A DNA stretch of 64,000 bases, taken from contig NC_135761.1 of assembly GCF_052425735.1 (NCBI RefSeq), positions 12,152,001 to 12,216,000 on the forward strand, read 5' to 3'. Position 1 is the first letter of the stretch, and each line of letters opens with the position of its first letter. The notes beneath the pieces are model-generated. The model was not told the origin of the DNA and did no database searches. It saw nothing but the letters and a program-made list of their open reading frames with translations. Of the stretch, positions 25,255-36,480 are shown piece by piece. This stretch comes from Oculina patagonica. Lineage: Eukaryota. Both the position numbers and the translations under genes were made by a program.

Positions 25255-25338
25255 AGCCAATGAAATCGTTGTTTGCAACATCACCTGCGTAAGAACGGAA
25301 ACGAATTCGCCTCGGTTGTAAAGTGTAGCTATATATGA
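25255..25338 (+). promoter_or_regulatory. CCAAT box plus TATA-like core promoter
   Basis: agccaatg at ~25255 and ctatatatg at ~25329, about 80 bp upstream of the ATG at 25411. Confidence 0.5.
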
Positions 25339-25410
25339 ATCAGGTGCGAGACGCAATTCAAGTTAAACAAACCCACAGGAAGTTCTTCTGAATCTCTTCC
25401 TTCTCAAAGA

Positions 25411-26328
25411 ATGGTGGAAAACGACGAAAAGCCATGGCCCGAGCCAGCTCCAGACTGGCCAGAAGCGAAAGAAGTTTGGAAATGGGGTTGGCCGTTTCAC
25501 GTTTATTTCTTTGCAGTGTTGTATTGCTTTGTCGTCATTCGAGGCCTTTACGTCTTGATCAGGCACGGGAAAGTGCATTCTTGGAGGAAGAACCATCGCT
25601 TCTTACTGAACTTGCTTCTTTTGGCGTTTGGCACAACTCGGGCGCTATTTCTGATTTGGGATCCGTATGGCTCGAACCCAAACCATACCAAAACAGAGCT
25701 CATCATTTGTATCATAACTTTTGGCGTCGGAACAGCGTGCATAACTTCAGCGTTCAGTTTTTTATTGCTAATCGTGCTCGAGAGCACCCGCATCTCGCTT
25801 GCGCCGAGCAAGTTTCAAAACCGAACGTTCCTGCTCGGAGTTTTGACAGTCAACGTGGGTTACGTGGTAATATCCGACTTAATTGTTGCTCATTTTCATG
25901 AAGCTATGGTAATGATCTTAATTTGCCAAATAACGTTCGCTCTCTGGGGATTTCTCATCGCACTGGGTTATGCATTCGCTGCGGTGCGACTATGGCGCAA
26001 CCTGACGGCCTCGCGCCAGACCGCTCAGTACGACCCGGGTCTCGCTGCTGAAGGCAAAAAGATAACACGGCTGGTCAGCTTGCTGTATTCGGCGGCGATC
26101 TGTGGAGTGGTTCTGTTTTCCACAATTGTTTACACGGCTCTTGGCGAGACAGGAGTGTACAATGAGTCAGGTGAAGTGAGTAATTGGCCGTGGTTTGCGG
26201 TGCAGACATTGCTAAGGACGTGTGAGGTGTTCATGTGCTTGGTTATATTTTTGATTGCGCTGAAGACAAGCACTGCCAACTCTACGAACAACAATCGAGT
26301 CGACAGTGTCTCGAAAGTAACGACCTAA
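25411..26328 (+). CDS. PRRT3/PRRT4-like multi-pass (about 7 TM) membrane protein, 305 aa, intronless CDS
   Basis: PEPAPDW..W.W.FHVYFFAVLY, RALFLIWDPYGS and WPWFAVQTLLRTCE motifs; ~7 hydrophobic segments. Confidence 0.8.
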   Translation: MVENDEKPWPEPAPDWPEAKEVWKWGWPFHVYFFAVLYCFVVIRGLYVLIRHGKVHSWRKNHRFLLNLLLLAFGTTRALFLIWDPYGSNPNHTKTELIICIITFGVGTACITSAFSFLLLIVLESTRISLAPSKFQNRTFLLGVLTVNVGYVVISDLIVAHFHEAMVMILICQITFALWGFLIALGYAFAAVRLWRNLTASRQTAQYDPGLAAEGKKITRLVSLLYSAAICGVVLFSTIVYTALGETGVYNESGEVSNWPWFAVQTLLRTCEVFMCLVIFLIALKTSTANSTNNNRVDSVSKVTT

Positions 26329-27756
26329 TGTTGCCCGAGTAAATGAACTGCTTGTTCAGCTTTTCGAGCCCGAAGTCCTCAATGAGCCTTCGAGAAAAAC
26401 TAGACTAATCATGTAAACTGCATTAAAAATCCCAGCAACGTGAGAAGCTTCGAGAAAATTAGACTAATAAACTGCATTAAAAAAAAAGGAAGCTTTCAAT
26501 AAAATTTTCGTCACCATGCAAATGTTTTAAATTAACTCAGGCGGGATAAATAAATAACAATTTTCTTTCTTAAATAGACAATATATTGACAAGCTGCTTT
26601 TTCTTTAAAGATTAATATCGAGATAAAAATGTTAATTTTGTCCCCGTTTAATTTGCTCAAACAACTGGTTTTGTAGTTAAAAACCAGTTTTGAATCTAAC
26701 CTTCGAATTAATTGTTATTTATCTCAGTGAAAGCACACATATCTCACAAATTAAAATCAGTTATTTCAAAGTAGATTTATAATTTCGCGTGTCTTAACCA
26801 CGATGCAGCAACTACAATTAAGGTAGGGTCAATATAATAGAGTTGTTCCGCACAAGAACCTTAGAGATGTAAATTTCCATTTCGTAACCTTAGGGCCTGT
26901 TTATATGGAGGAGAGTTGTCCCTGGTAGGAGGGCTACCCTCTCCCCCGAGCTATCTTTTGCCGAGAACGCCGGTTTAATTTGCATGCCTAAGGTTACAAA
27001 GCAGAAATTTGCATCTGTAAGGTTTTTGTGCGGAACAGCTCCAATGAGTCGTAAAAAATGAAAGTTACAATGCTGACAGAGAACTCCGGTCCCTTTTATC
27101 AAATATTTCATTTCTGAAAATAATTGGCCATCAAATATGTTCGCTTTAGGCACTTGGTGACGTTACATATCCCTTGCGTTGTTTTCTTCTACATTTATTC
27201 CAAGACCGCCATTGGATTATTAATCAACAGCTAAATATAACCCAATTTTTTGAAAAAAAAATTGGATCGACTGGACCGAACCAAAGAGAAGGTCCGCAAA
27301 CCTGCCGAAAGGCATCATCCCATGAAATATCACATCAATACGTAATGAACAAGCAAGTTTGATAAAGTTTCTTACAGCTTTGCTCAGCAAAAATAAACAT
27401 CAATCTCGAGAAAAAGATTCTTCAAGCCACTTTTGATATTGTCAAGTAGGACAAATAAAAAAACGGAAAAATTTTTCCTTTTCGTGTCCAATGTTCAGTA
27501 AGAAACAGATGCGCGCGAAAATAATTTATAAGCCGTCTGGATCCGTGGTCAATTTTGCAAAATTCTGACCGCTCAGCGAACCAATCAAAACGTTTATTTT
27601 CATCGTGGGCCAACTTTTAAAGGAACCAATAGGATTTTAATGTCTGTTACGCTACGCAACGAGCGGGTTTGGCTGGGAATGCAAAGGGGCGAGGCATCAG
27701 CGATCTAGCCCCCGAAGTGAAGGCGGGGACCCGACTGAGAGGTAGGTGCTTGGACG

Positions 27757-27770
27757 GTTGCTATGGAAAC
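27757..27770. promoter_or_regulatory. RFX X-box motif
   Basis: GTTGCTATGGAAAC inside a GC-rich island. Confidence 0.4.
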
Positions 27771-30190
27771 CAACTCCACAGCGAGACCCTTTGCACGAGT
27801 CACACTGGCCAAAGCCAGTGGAGAAAAGGAAAGAAAAAGGGGGTATATAGAGGAGTGTGGGAGACGAAAAACAAACTACTTGCAGCTAGCGAGCAAACTG
27901 CGAATGTACGCGTCAGCATGACGACAGCGCGCGAAAGACGTGGTGCGCGAGGGCGAGGCTGAGCCAAGACGAGCAAGGTTGTCTAGCCCGTCCCAATTTC
28001 TGAGCATGCACAGAATCTGTATTTCCAGCCAATCAGATTTGTCAGAATTGACAATGAGTCCTTGTATCGCGTGACAGATATGACTTTTTGCTGACCTTTT
28101 TAATGGTAAGAAGATCGTTTTTTTCCATACTTCAGCCTGATTTATCCACGGAAATCTTTCGTTTCCATTCTCGTCCCCAGAGCCCTAATTGGTTTTTTTT
28201 TTAGATCATCGTGTCATTGAAACGAGGTGTTCTGGGGACAAGATTAATAAACGAAGTGACAAAAATTATTCGAACTCCTTGGTGATGGCCAGCTGCCATT
28301 TTGAATAAAAAGGACGCAGATTATATGCAAATATTATTGTGCACTTTTTATCGTCAATGGTTGTGTTTCCATCTCAGTTCGTATAAAAGACAACAATCGC
28401 GACAAAAAAGTTTTCGTTTTACTAACAGTTTATCTTCCGTCGTGAATTACAACAGGAAAAACATGAAAAATTACCAAAAACATTTTTTAAGCTGCTATCT
28501 TAATCAACAAAACAAGAATCATTGAAATTATATTGTACGTGTTTATTTCTTTTTTAATGGCTCGGTTGCTATCTTAAATTAAACGAACAGGAATCATGAA
28601 AAAGATTTTTTTCTTGTTAATAGTCCAGCTGCCATCTTGAATGAAAAGAACAAAAATCGTGGAAACGGTCTATAAAATCTTCTAGGCTCAACTAGTAAAA
28701 ATTGAACAGAATTCTTTTTTCGCTAGCTAACATTGTCCTGAAGATCAGAGATTTTAGGAATTGCAGAGACACTTTAATCGTTTTTCTTTTCGCCTGTTTT
28801 AGAGCTTCGAACATTTAAGATCTGTGAAACGTTCGGTTCCTTTCTGGAAAAGCGAATTCCAAGCTTTACGTTTCCTTAAACTGCTTAAAGTTTAAGGAAT
28901 GGACGCGCTAAGCCACCGCCAAAAAAAACGATGTCGATTTTTTAATATTGCCACCAACCGAACAGCAGACAAATGAGATCTTAAAACGATTTAGTTTGTT
29001 TAATACTAAACGCTACTGTTGGTCCTTGTAATGTTGAGTGTGTTTACGATAATATTGAGCTGTCTGAGGGAACACAATACTTCATCTGCGTCAACAACTC
29101 TGAGAGGCAGTGTCGGCCTTTCAAATCACACAGACGGAATCAATTTCTCTCACTTTGTACGATGCTTTATTTGTCTCAGTTGTCAAGCACTGAATAATGA
29201 CGATTTTCAATTAATCATCCGCAAAGGAAAACAATATACCAAACCACAGAGCATGTGAGCAACAAAGAAAAGTGATCGACGCTGCAATATTCTGCCTCTT
29301 GTTTAAGACAGCATCGTTTGAAATTAGGGATTAAGCGAATAATAAGCCAGGGCTGGACCGCGCTGTTTTTGAAAAGAACGTTTAGAAAATTGACTATTTT
29401 AAAACAGCTTACTTAGGAGGAATTTATTACTTGTACTGAATAAAGGAATAGCAGATTAAGTGTCGGATAATTACTACTCTTAAAATTACTATAATTGGAC
29501 GCGGAGCAAGGGTAGTGAGAGCTTTCATTAACGCGATTGATGGGTGTTCGGCCTTTCATATTGAAATTTGTCCTAAAATAATATTTGCCAATGCAAACAA
29601 ATTTACAATTGAGCGGAATTAATATACCAGGCGTTCGCTTTTGAAGTTTTGTGAATTTTAATTACGGTTTTCATGTTGATGACTTCTGCGTCACGAGTAA
29701 TACGGAAAATTTTCTGATTTAACAAGAAATCGATTGCGGGTACAAAGCTGAATTCAGGTGAAAAGTATCTGATGCTTCCAAGAATCGCTTCTGCTGAAAT
29801 CTGCGTCAAGAAAACGAGAAACAGCGCTTGCAACGGGTTCAAAACATCCGGTTTGAAAACATTTTGTTGAAAAAAAAAAACGGGTGCTGTTTTCTTCGCG
29901 ATTAAAGTGTACTTACATACGGCGTAAAGTACACTCGAGCCCGTTAAACAAGTTGTCAAGACTCCGTTCGCTGATATAACCAGGCAAGAAAAACTGGCCT
30001 TTCCAGTTTCTAAGACAACGAAAATAGCATCCGATATGATGCTATAATATGGAAGCCAGTGCAAATCTCGACACACGGAAAACGACATTTCCAAAGTACT
30101 GAAACCCAGCACCGAGGCGACAAACGCAACTGTGAAAACTCGAAACATTCATGTAAAAATCTTACAACTGTGGATTAATTCCTTGGTGAA

Positions 30191-30388
30191 ATGGAAGCGT
30201 CTGCCGCAGAAGAAAGTACAGACAGCGCAAAAGCGTTTAAAAGTTGTGGGAGGACAGGCCGGCGCGGAGCCTGCATTGACACGGATATTACGCGTGATAA
30301 GCTACAAGATATTATTCACAAGGTTGAAAAAGTCTGTTTGGATGAAACAGAAAACTCACAATCGAATCAAGGCGAAAAGGGGACGTAG
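30191..30388 (+). CDS. cAMP-dependent protein kinase inhibitor (PKI family), 65 aa
   Basis: F-K-S-C-G-R-T-G-R-R-G-A aligns with PKI F-x-x-S-G-R-T-G-R-R-N-A; downstream NES-like IIHKVEKVCL; polar tail; gaaATGg start. Confidence 0.85.
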   Translation: MEASAAEESTDSAKAFKSCGRTGRRGACIDTDITRDKLQDIIHKVEKVCLDETENSQSNQGEKGT

Positions 30389-31784
30389 CACAAACATTAA
30401 AGGATTTATACTCGTATTTATCGTTTTTTAGACCAAGCGCTTGGAAACTGGAAAGACACTGCGCTGAAATCCCGCCTTCTAAACCTGGCGCGCGGAGTTT
30501 TGCGTCACTTGAAGTTTTAATACTAGTACGTCGATATTGTAATTGGATGTTTGTCTGATCATGAAAATGCTTTTTTTTTGCTTCATGGATAACAGCATTC
30601 CGGTAAAAAAAAAATATCAACGTATGAAACATCTGACATGAAGTGGCAGGTTCTTTGACAGTTTCATCGCATAATGCTGTTAGTAAACAAACCTCGATTC
30701 TTGTTTGCATTAAAACTTGGCGATTATATTATTCGACTTTCAAGAAATGATATTGAACGTCGGAGAGAAGGCGATTTAGTGTCTTCTTTGGTAATTGTAT
30801 ATTTACATTTTTTTACAAAAGGATGCATTCAACTTAAAAAAAAATTGAGAAAAAAAGATCTTTTTTTGGTTAGTAGTTGTTGTTTTTAATACGTCTTATA
30901 TTTGCCAAAGCGCTCGCTTTCCTGTTGATTTCCAATTTCACGGTCGATGCGATTCGTGAGTTTGAATAAATATTTACTTTTTCGTTTTAGAAAGCTTGTG
31001 ATATTATAACAAACATGGTCACGCTGAATGCAAAGCGAGAACAATGTTTATCTTTTAATTTTTTCTAAAAATAATGTCGAGAGCAGCAGGTGGACAGAGG
31101 GGATTGTGAATTTTACAGTTGAATTGCGTCAAGTTATTTATATTATACTTTACGCGAATTTCACTGATTTGTTAAAACTCAAGTGCTGCAATATTTCAAA
31201 ATATCGCAATTTTTTCAACAATTTTTAAACTAAGTATTTGTGGATGCAAAAATTTCGTTTTGCTTTTGAATAAAAATGTGCAACGCGTTCTGGCGAACTC
31301 TTTTTTTTTTTTTCAATCAATCAAGAGCCAAACTTATTTGGCCAAGTGATTAAACCAATCAGGTGCCAAACTTATTCGGCCACGTGATTTGGCGAAACGC
31401 AAATTTACCCGCGCTTGGCACGGGTACTTTATTTACTAACAGTGGACTGGATTGATGGATAGGTGGATCGGTGGGAAAATCGATCAAGGTGACATGACTG
31501 CGTGTGTACTTGTCCAGTGTAGACAATTTTAGAATTCAATGTTTTTAAGTGTTTTTATTCATAGCAAAATACAAGTGTTGCCAGCAACTTTTTCGGCATT
31601 TGTTCGTCTACTGAAAATAAAATACTTAGAAACCCAACGCTGTACAGAACACGAGAAAAAAGTTTGAACATTTATCCAAATTTACATGTTAGCGATTGAC
31701 AATCTTGAACAATAAGATCCTTAACCAACCATGATTTGGCCCAAGAAACTTTCCCTCCATTGACACTGGTTAGATGTTTTTTGT

Positions 31785-32238
31785 TAGCCTGTTCCAGGCT
31801 TTTGGTTAGTTGGGGAGTAGTGCGATAGAGCAGTTTTCACTTGAGTGTCGAAAGTAAATTGCGTTTGCTTTGGTTTTGCATTACTACGCTTAGTGATTGG
31901 CTTAAAAATCTCGCGCCACTTTCTCAGCCAATCAGAACTAAAACCAAAACCAATCGTGACTCGCTCGCGCACGTTTTCCCGCGCTTCGTGCCAGCTACAT
32001 GTATTTGCTTCGAGTTTTGATTGGTTCACTGGATTGTCTGTGTCCTTTGTGATTGGCCAGAGTAATTACTTTGGTTTTGGTTTTACGACACTCAATTGAA
32101 AACTGCTCTAACTGGGGGAGGGTGGAGTGGGAGGGGAAAGGGAGAGGAAAGTGGTGTGGAGAAGTCCCTCGCAATTTTTTCCACTCGCCGTTTTTCGCGC
32201 TGCCGGTTTTCAACTAACTGAACGCCTGGAGCAGGCTA
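31785..32238. mobile_element. TIR element hosting a nested MITE
   Basis: TAGCCTGTTCCAGGC...GCCTGGAGCAGGCTA. Confidence 0.7.
31828..32108. mobile_element. TA-flanked MITE, copy 1
   Basis: TA-GAGCAGTTTTCA...TGAAAACTGCTC-TA; near-identical to 48488-48792. Confidence 0.9.
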
Positions 32239-32899
32239 TTTTTTTTTTTTTGCTTCGAGTTATTTGCCGCGGTAGTGATTCGGCAGATGTTGTGACGACT
32301 TGGTTTTCGTTTCTCGAAAGTCATTGTAAAGGTAACCCGTTTATGGTTATAATAAAGAGCGTAATACAATTGGATCTCATTCTGTGTGAACAGTTTCAAG
32401 ATAAATACGGTGCGACTGGAATACAGTAAAAACCTGGGAGTAAGAACCCTATTTTTTCAAATTAGCCTACACAGGTTCTTACATAAATCGTAGTCATATT
32501 CGGCTAAATTCTTGTAATAATTTGAATACCACATAAGTGTTTATGTAAAAATGAAGCATTGATCATTCAGACATAACATTATATACATGTAGTAGTACAG
32601 TAATGCCTGGTAAAACATTTTTTCCTAAAAGTTAACATTTTTAATCAATTTTAGAAACGAAAATATTAGGCTAAATAGGTTCTTATAAAAAGGGGGTCTA
32701 ATTTGCAAATTTTAGTCCAACAGGTTTGTAAATGGTTCTTACTCGCGGGTTTTTACTTTGCAACTACAAGACCACAGGAAAGCGGAAACAATTTGATGAC
32801 ACTTGCAGAACAATCACGAATCACAGCAACGATTAAAATCCGCTCTGAAGTCATATTAGATATGTCCGCCTCGCACCGTATTCTACATTTTCGTGCTTA

Positions 32900-35800
32900 T
32901 TATCGAGAAGCTGGATAGCTGCCATCATCATTGTTGAGATTCTCTCTATCTTCAAACTGCTTATCCACCGTCCATGACAGCGCGCTTAGAAAGCCTGGCA
33001 GCGTGATTGTCGGAGCCTGAGGAAAAGAAGCAAGAGAGACCAACATCAAACTTCTCCTCACGATATCAATACTTCATCAAGAGAAAAGGTTATGAGAAGT
33101 AATAAAGTGATCACCAAAAGGAACGTGCTTTGATCTTTTAACAAATTTTCCTAACTCATACTATAAGAAAATGTATGGAGATCAGTCAGGAGAATTTGTA
33201 TGTGGATATTGGGGCTGAACTTACCTGAATATGCCGAGCGTGGGCTAAAAACGGGATCTTTCTGAGGGTCCTGCCGCTCAATCCGTGACTTTTTCTGCAC
33301 AAAACGAGGCAAGCATACCAATATTATTACAAGAATATAAACGATTGAAATTAAGATTGAAATTGACATCAACATTAACAAAGGGACAGAAACTTACCTG
33401 GCTATCTCAAGAAGCTCCAGGCTTAGATTTGTGGCGTCATTATTGACAAAACTGAAATGAAATGGATATAGAAACGGCTTGACCGAAATCTTTCTCGTTT
33501 TGACAACGTATTGCTGTTCGTGGATTAACGAGGAAAAGAAGAATGGTGATTAAAGTTAAAGCGGGTTGGCACCAAACTCAGTAGAGTGCAATACGAAAAG
33601 ACACGTAAACTGTTCAATACAAGGAAAGCGAGTTGTGAGTCGCTGCAAAATTTTCGACATTTTGTTGTCATTTCAGTGGTCTTTATTTTGAGGAAATAAA
33701 ATTTGCTTGAACTGTTCTTTACCGGCAAAATAGAGAGAACATTCAGTGCAAAATCATAGGCACATAAACACAGCGAAGGTCAGAAATTTCTCCCTAAATG
33801 TCCCTGGTGACGTTTTGCAGCTCTCCGATATCCACTGATTAGAAAACTTACTATAATTTCTCACCATTTTTTCTGACCATTTCTCTCGATTAATGGGTTC
33901 GCCAGTTATTGTAAAATGCGTATAAATCGATCAGAGCGCTCGGCATCTTCAGTTATTAGTTCACCAAATATCATACAGCAGTTGGCAGGAAAGTTAAATG
34001 TAAAATACTGGCATTAAGGCTAAAAGACACAATAAATCGTCACTTACCGTAACACTTCCAGGTCTCTGTTAGGGTGATTCCATTCAGAAGAAAGGAAAAA
34101 AGAAAACAGTGTCAATAATTTAAAACATCAATCACTTTGTTAGTTGTAACTTCTCCTTTCAAATTGCAATGAAGATAGTACAGAAATCAAGCAACAAAAG
34201 AAAAGAATACAAGAGATTCTGAAAACCTTATGCCGAGAATCTGCTGTACAGGTGAAATTATTCCAGCCTGCAGGAAATACAATGGAAAAGCATGACATTA
34301 AATCGGTGACATCTCGATTACTGATTAGATTTTTTTTCTAAGAAGCCAGTGGATGTGAAAATTATTACCCTCATAAGCTCAGTTATGCAGGAGTGATAAA
34401 TGGAGAATATCGCATTAACAGATGGAGGTCCAATGTACTGTTTGATGTCTGCCCTGTCAATTAAAAAAGAATTATTTTTATTAATGATTCGATTTACATG
34501 CACAGGGCTGCATATAATTTTTTTCACTTGAAAGGGCATATGTCATACTAAGACACCATCTCGGACATCACCAAAAACAAAAGGTTGAATTTTATTCATT
34601 GTTGGCATAAAATGATTTACGATCAAAAAATTGTCTGGACATCATGTCCGACCACGCTTGGGATTTTGTCGGACATGAGCAAATTTTTAGTTGGCCAGTG
34701 TCCGATGACCGACTGTTGTTTGCAGCCCTGCATGCAGCGCTCGGGGCAGGATGCTAATTTACTTTAGGTAGCTCAAAGAGGGTGCTTATCAGAGAGGGGT
34801 GCTTATTAGGCCTTTAGGGACGGGTTGCTTTATCGGAACAACAATAGATACTGTTACTCAAGAACTGTAACAATAGCGGTTTACATGGTCAAAACCATTT
34901 GCTCATTCAGTATCACTGAATCCACTCAGATGACAACTTTTAAAAGTCATGGCCATCTTCGTTGCTAAAGGACCAACCAACCCTCCAAGTTTATTTTTTT
35001 CCTTAGTGGCCATTTGGCCACCAACTACTCAAGTTTAGTCACCAAATTAAGCTGATGCTTTCAATCTTTTCTCCTAATTTTAGTCGCCAGGCTGGCGACC
35101 TTGGCTCAAATTTAGTCGCCAGCTCCAAAATTTTAGTCGCCATGGCGACTAACATGGTCTAAACTTGGAGGGTTGCCAACACCCATGTTTTATGTTGCTT
35201 TAGGATAAGAAAGCAGACCACATAGTTTACTCCTCTAATCAGTCTATTACTTTTGCAATGAAGGCGCTTATTGGAATAGTGGCGCTTGAAACTTGAGGGT
35301 AATCTCGTTCCCAGATCTCTTCGGCTTTGTCCACAAAGATCTGGGAACAAGATTAACTCGAGGGGAGGGGGGCACTTATTAGAAAGGAGGCACTTATTGG
35401 AAGGATGTCACTTAATCGAATCATTACGATAAGTAATCTATTAGTGGTGACAGCTTATTGGTGCATGGAATGCTTCTTAAATACCACTTGACTAGCTGGT
35501 GCAACCATTAACTGCAAAGCTTCCCATCCTTGTAAGTTTATTAGCTGTAGCATTTTATTTTCCAAGTAACATACCTGTCTACAAATGCTAAGTCTATAGC
35601 TCCAGTAACATTAGAGGTGGTGAGAATAATTACATTGGGAAATCTGAAATATCAATACAGAGAGTTACATATCACATCTGTTGTGAAAGAATAAAGTAAA
35701 TGGAGAAGTGTTGTTACTCCCCCATCCCCTCCCTGATGGGATGCTAGTTCATTAAAGGTTTCCCCCTTGAACTTTGTCACATTGCCCAACAACTCATCAG

Positions 35801-36445
35801 TGCCTAGAGTTACAGAAACTTTGTAAGAAAATCTGACAACATTAGGCACCTGAGCTGGTGATGCCTATATCTATTAACATCTTGGAACGTCTTACTGGTA
35901 GCTTGTCTTAAGAGTTTATCTGGAATACTGGGTACCAATTCATTCACCTGGATCAAGAAAGAGTGATGTGCCAGACATGCACATTTCCTTGGAGAACTTT
36001 TACAGTCAATCACAAATTTATTCCCCACGAACAGATGAACAACAATAATAAGAATACAATAAGTAGTACCTTTTAATGTGATCAATTTGAGTAAGCAGAG
36101 CATTAACCACTCTTATTGCATCTGATGGTTCCTGGCCCTGCATTGCTGATTTACGAGCTGCAGTCAAACTCTCAACCTAAAAAAAAAGAATTGGATGTAA
36201 TATATCAAACACGTGAGGCAGTGTTTCATCGGGATATCCAAACACCAAGAAGAGAGTTGAAAATACGACGCGCAGCGGAGTATTTTTGACGAAATTTGAG
36301 GTGTTTGGATAGCTGATGAAACACTGTCTCGAGTGTTTGATATATCTTCTCAATCGAAACAAAAACTACAGAGTAAATGGAGAAATAAAATCGTAAAAAT
36401 CTATGCTAATTAAGATCGGGTTTCCAAACCACCGTCACGGTTATA

Positions 36446-36480
<35 letters not shown>

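Noticed and set aside
28285-28665. Degenerate short repeats (gctgc(c/t)atctt)
   Set aside because: Decayed local duplication with no evident function
29603-30431. 181-aa minus and 99-aa plus ORFs around PKI
   Set aside because: No motifs; the 99-aa ORF starts at GTG; only the 65-aa frame has a family signature
31784-32213. ORFs repeated at 48438-48885
   Set aside because: Arise from two copies of the same MITE
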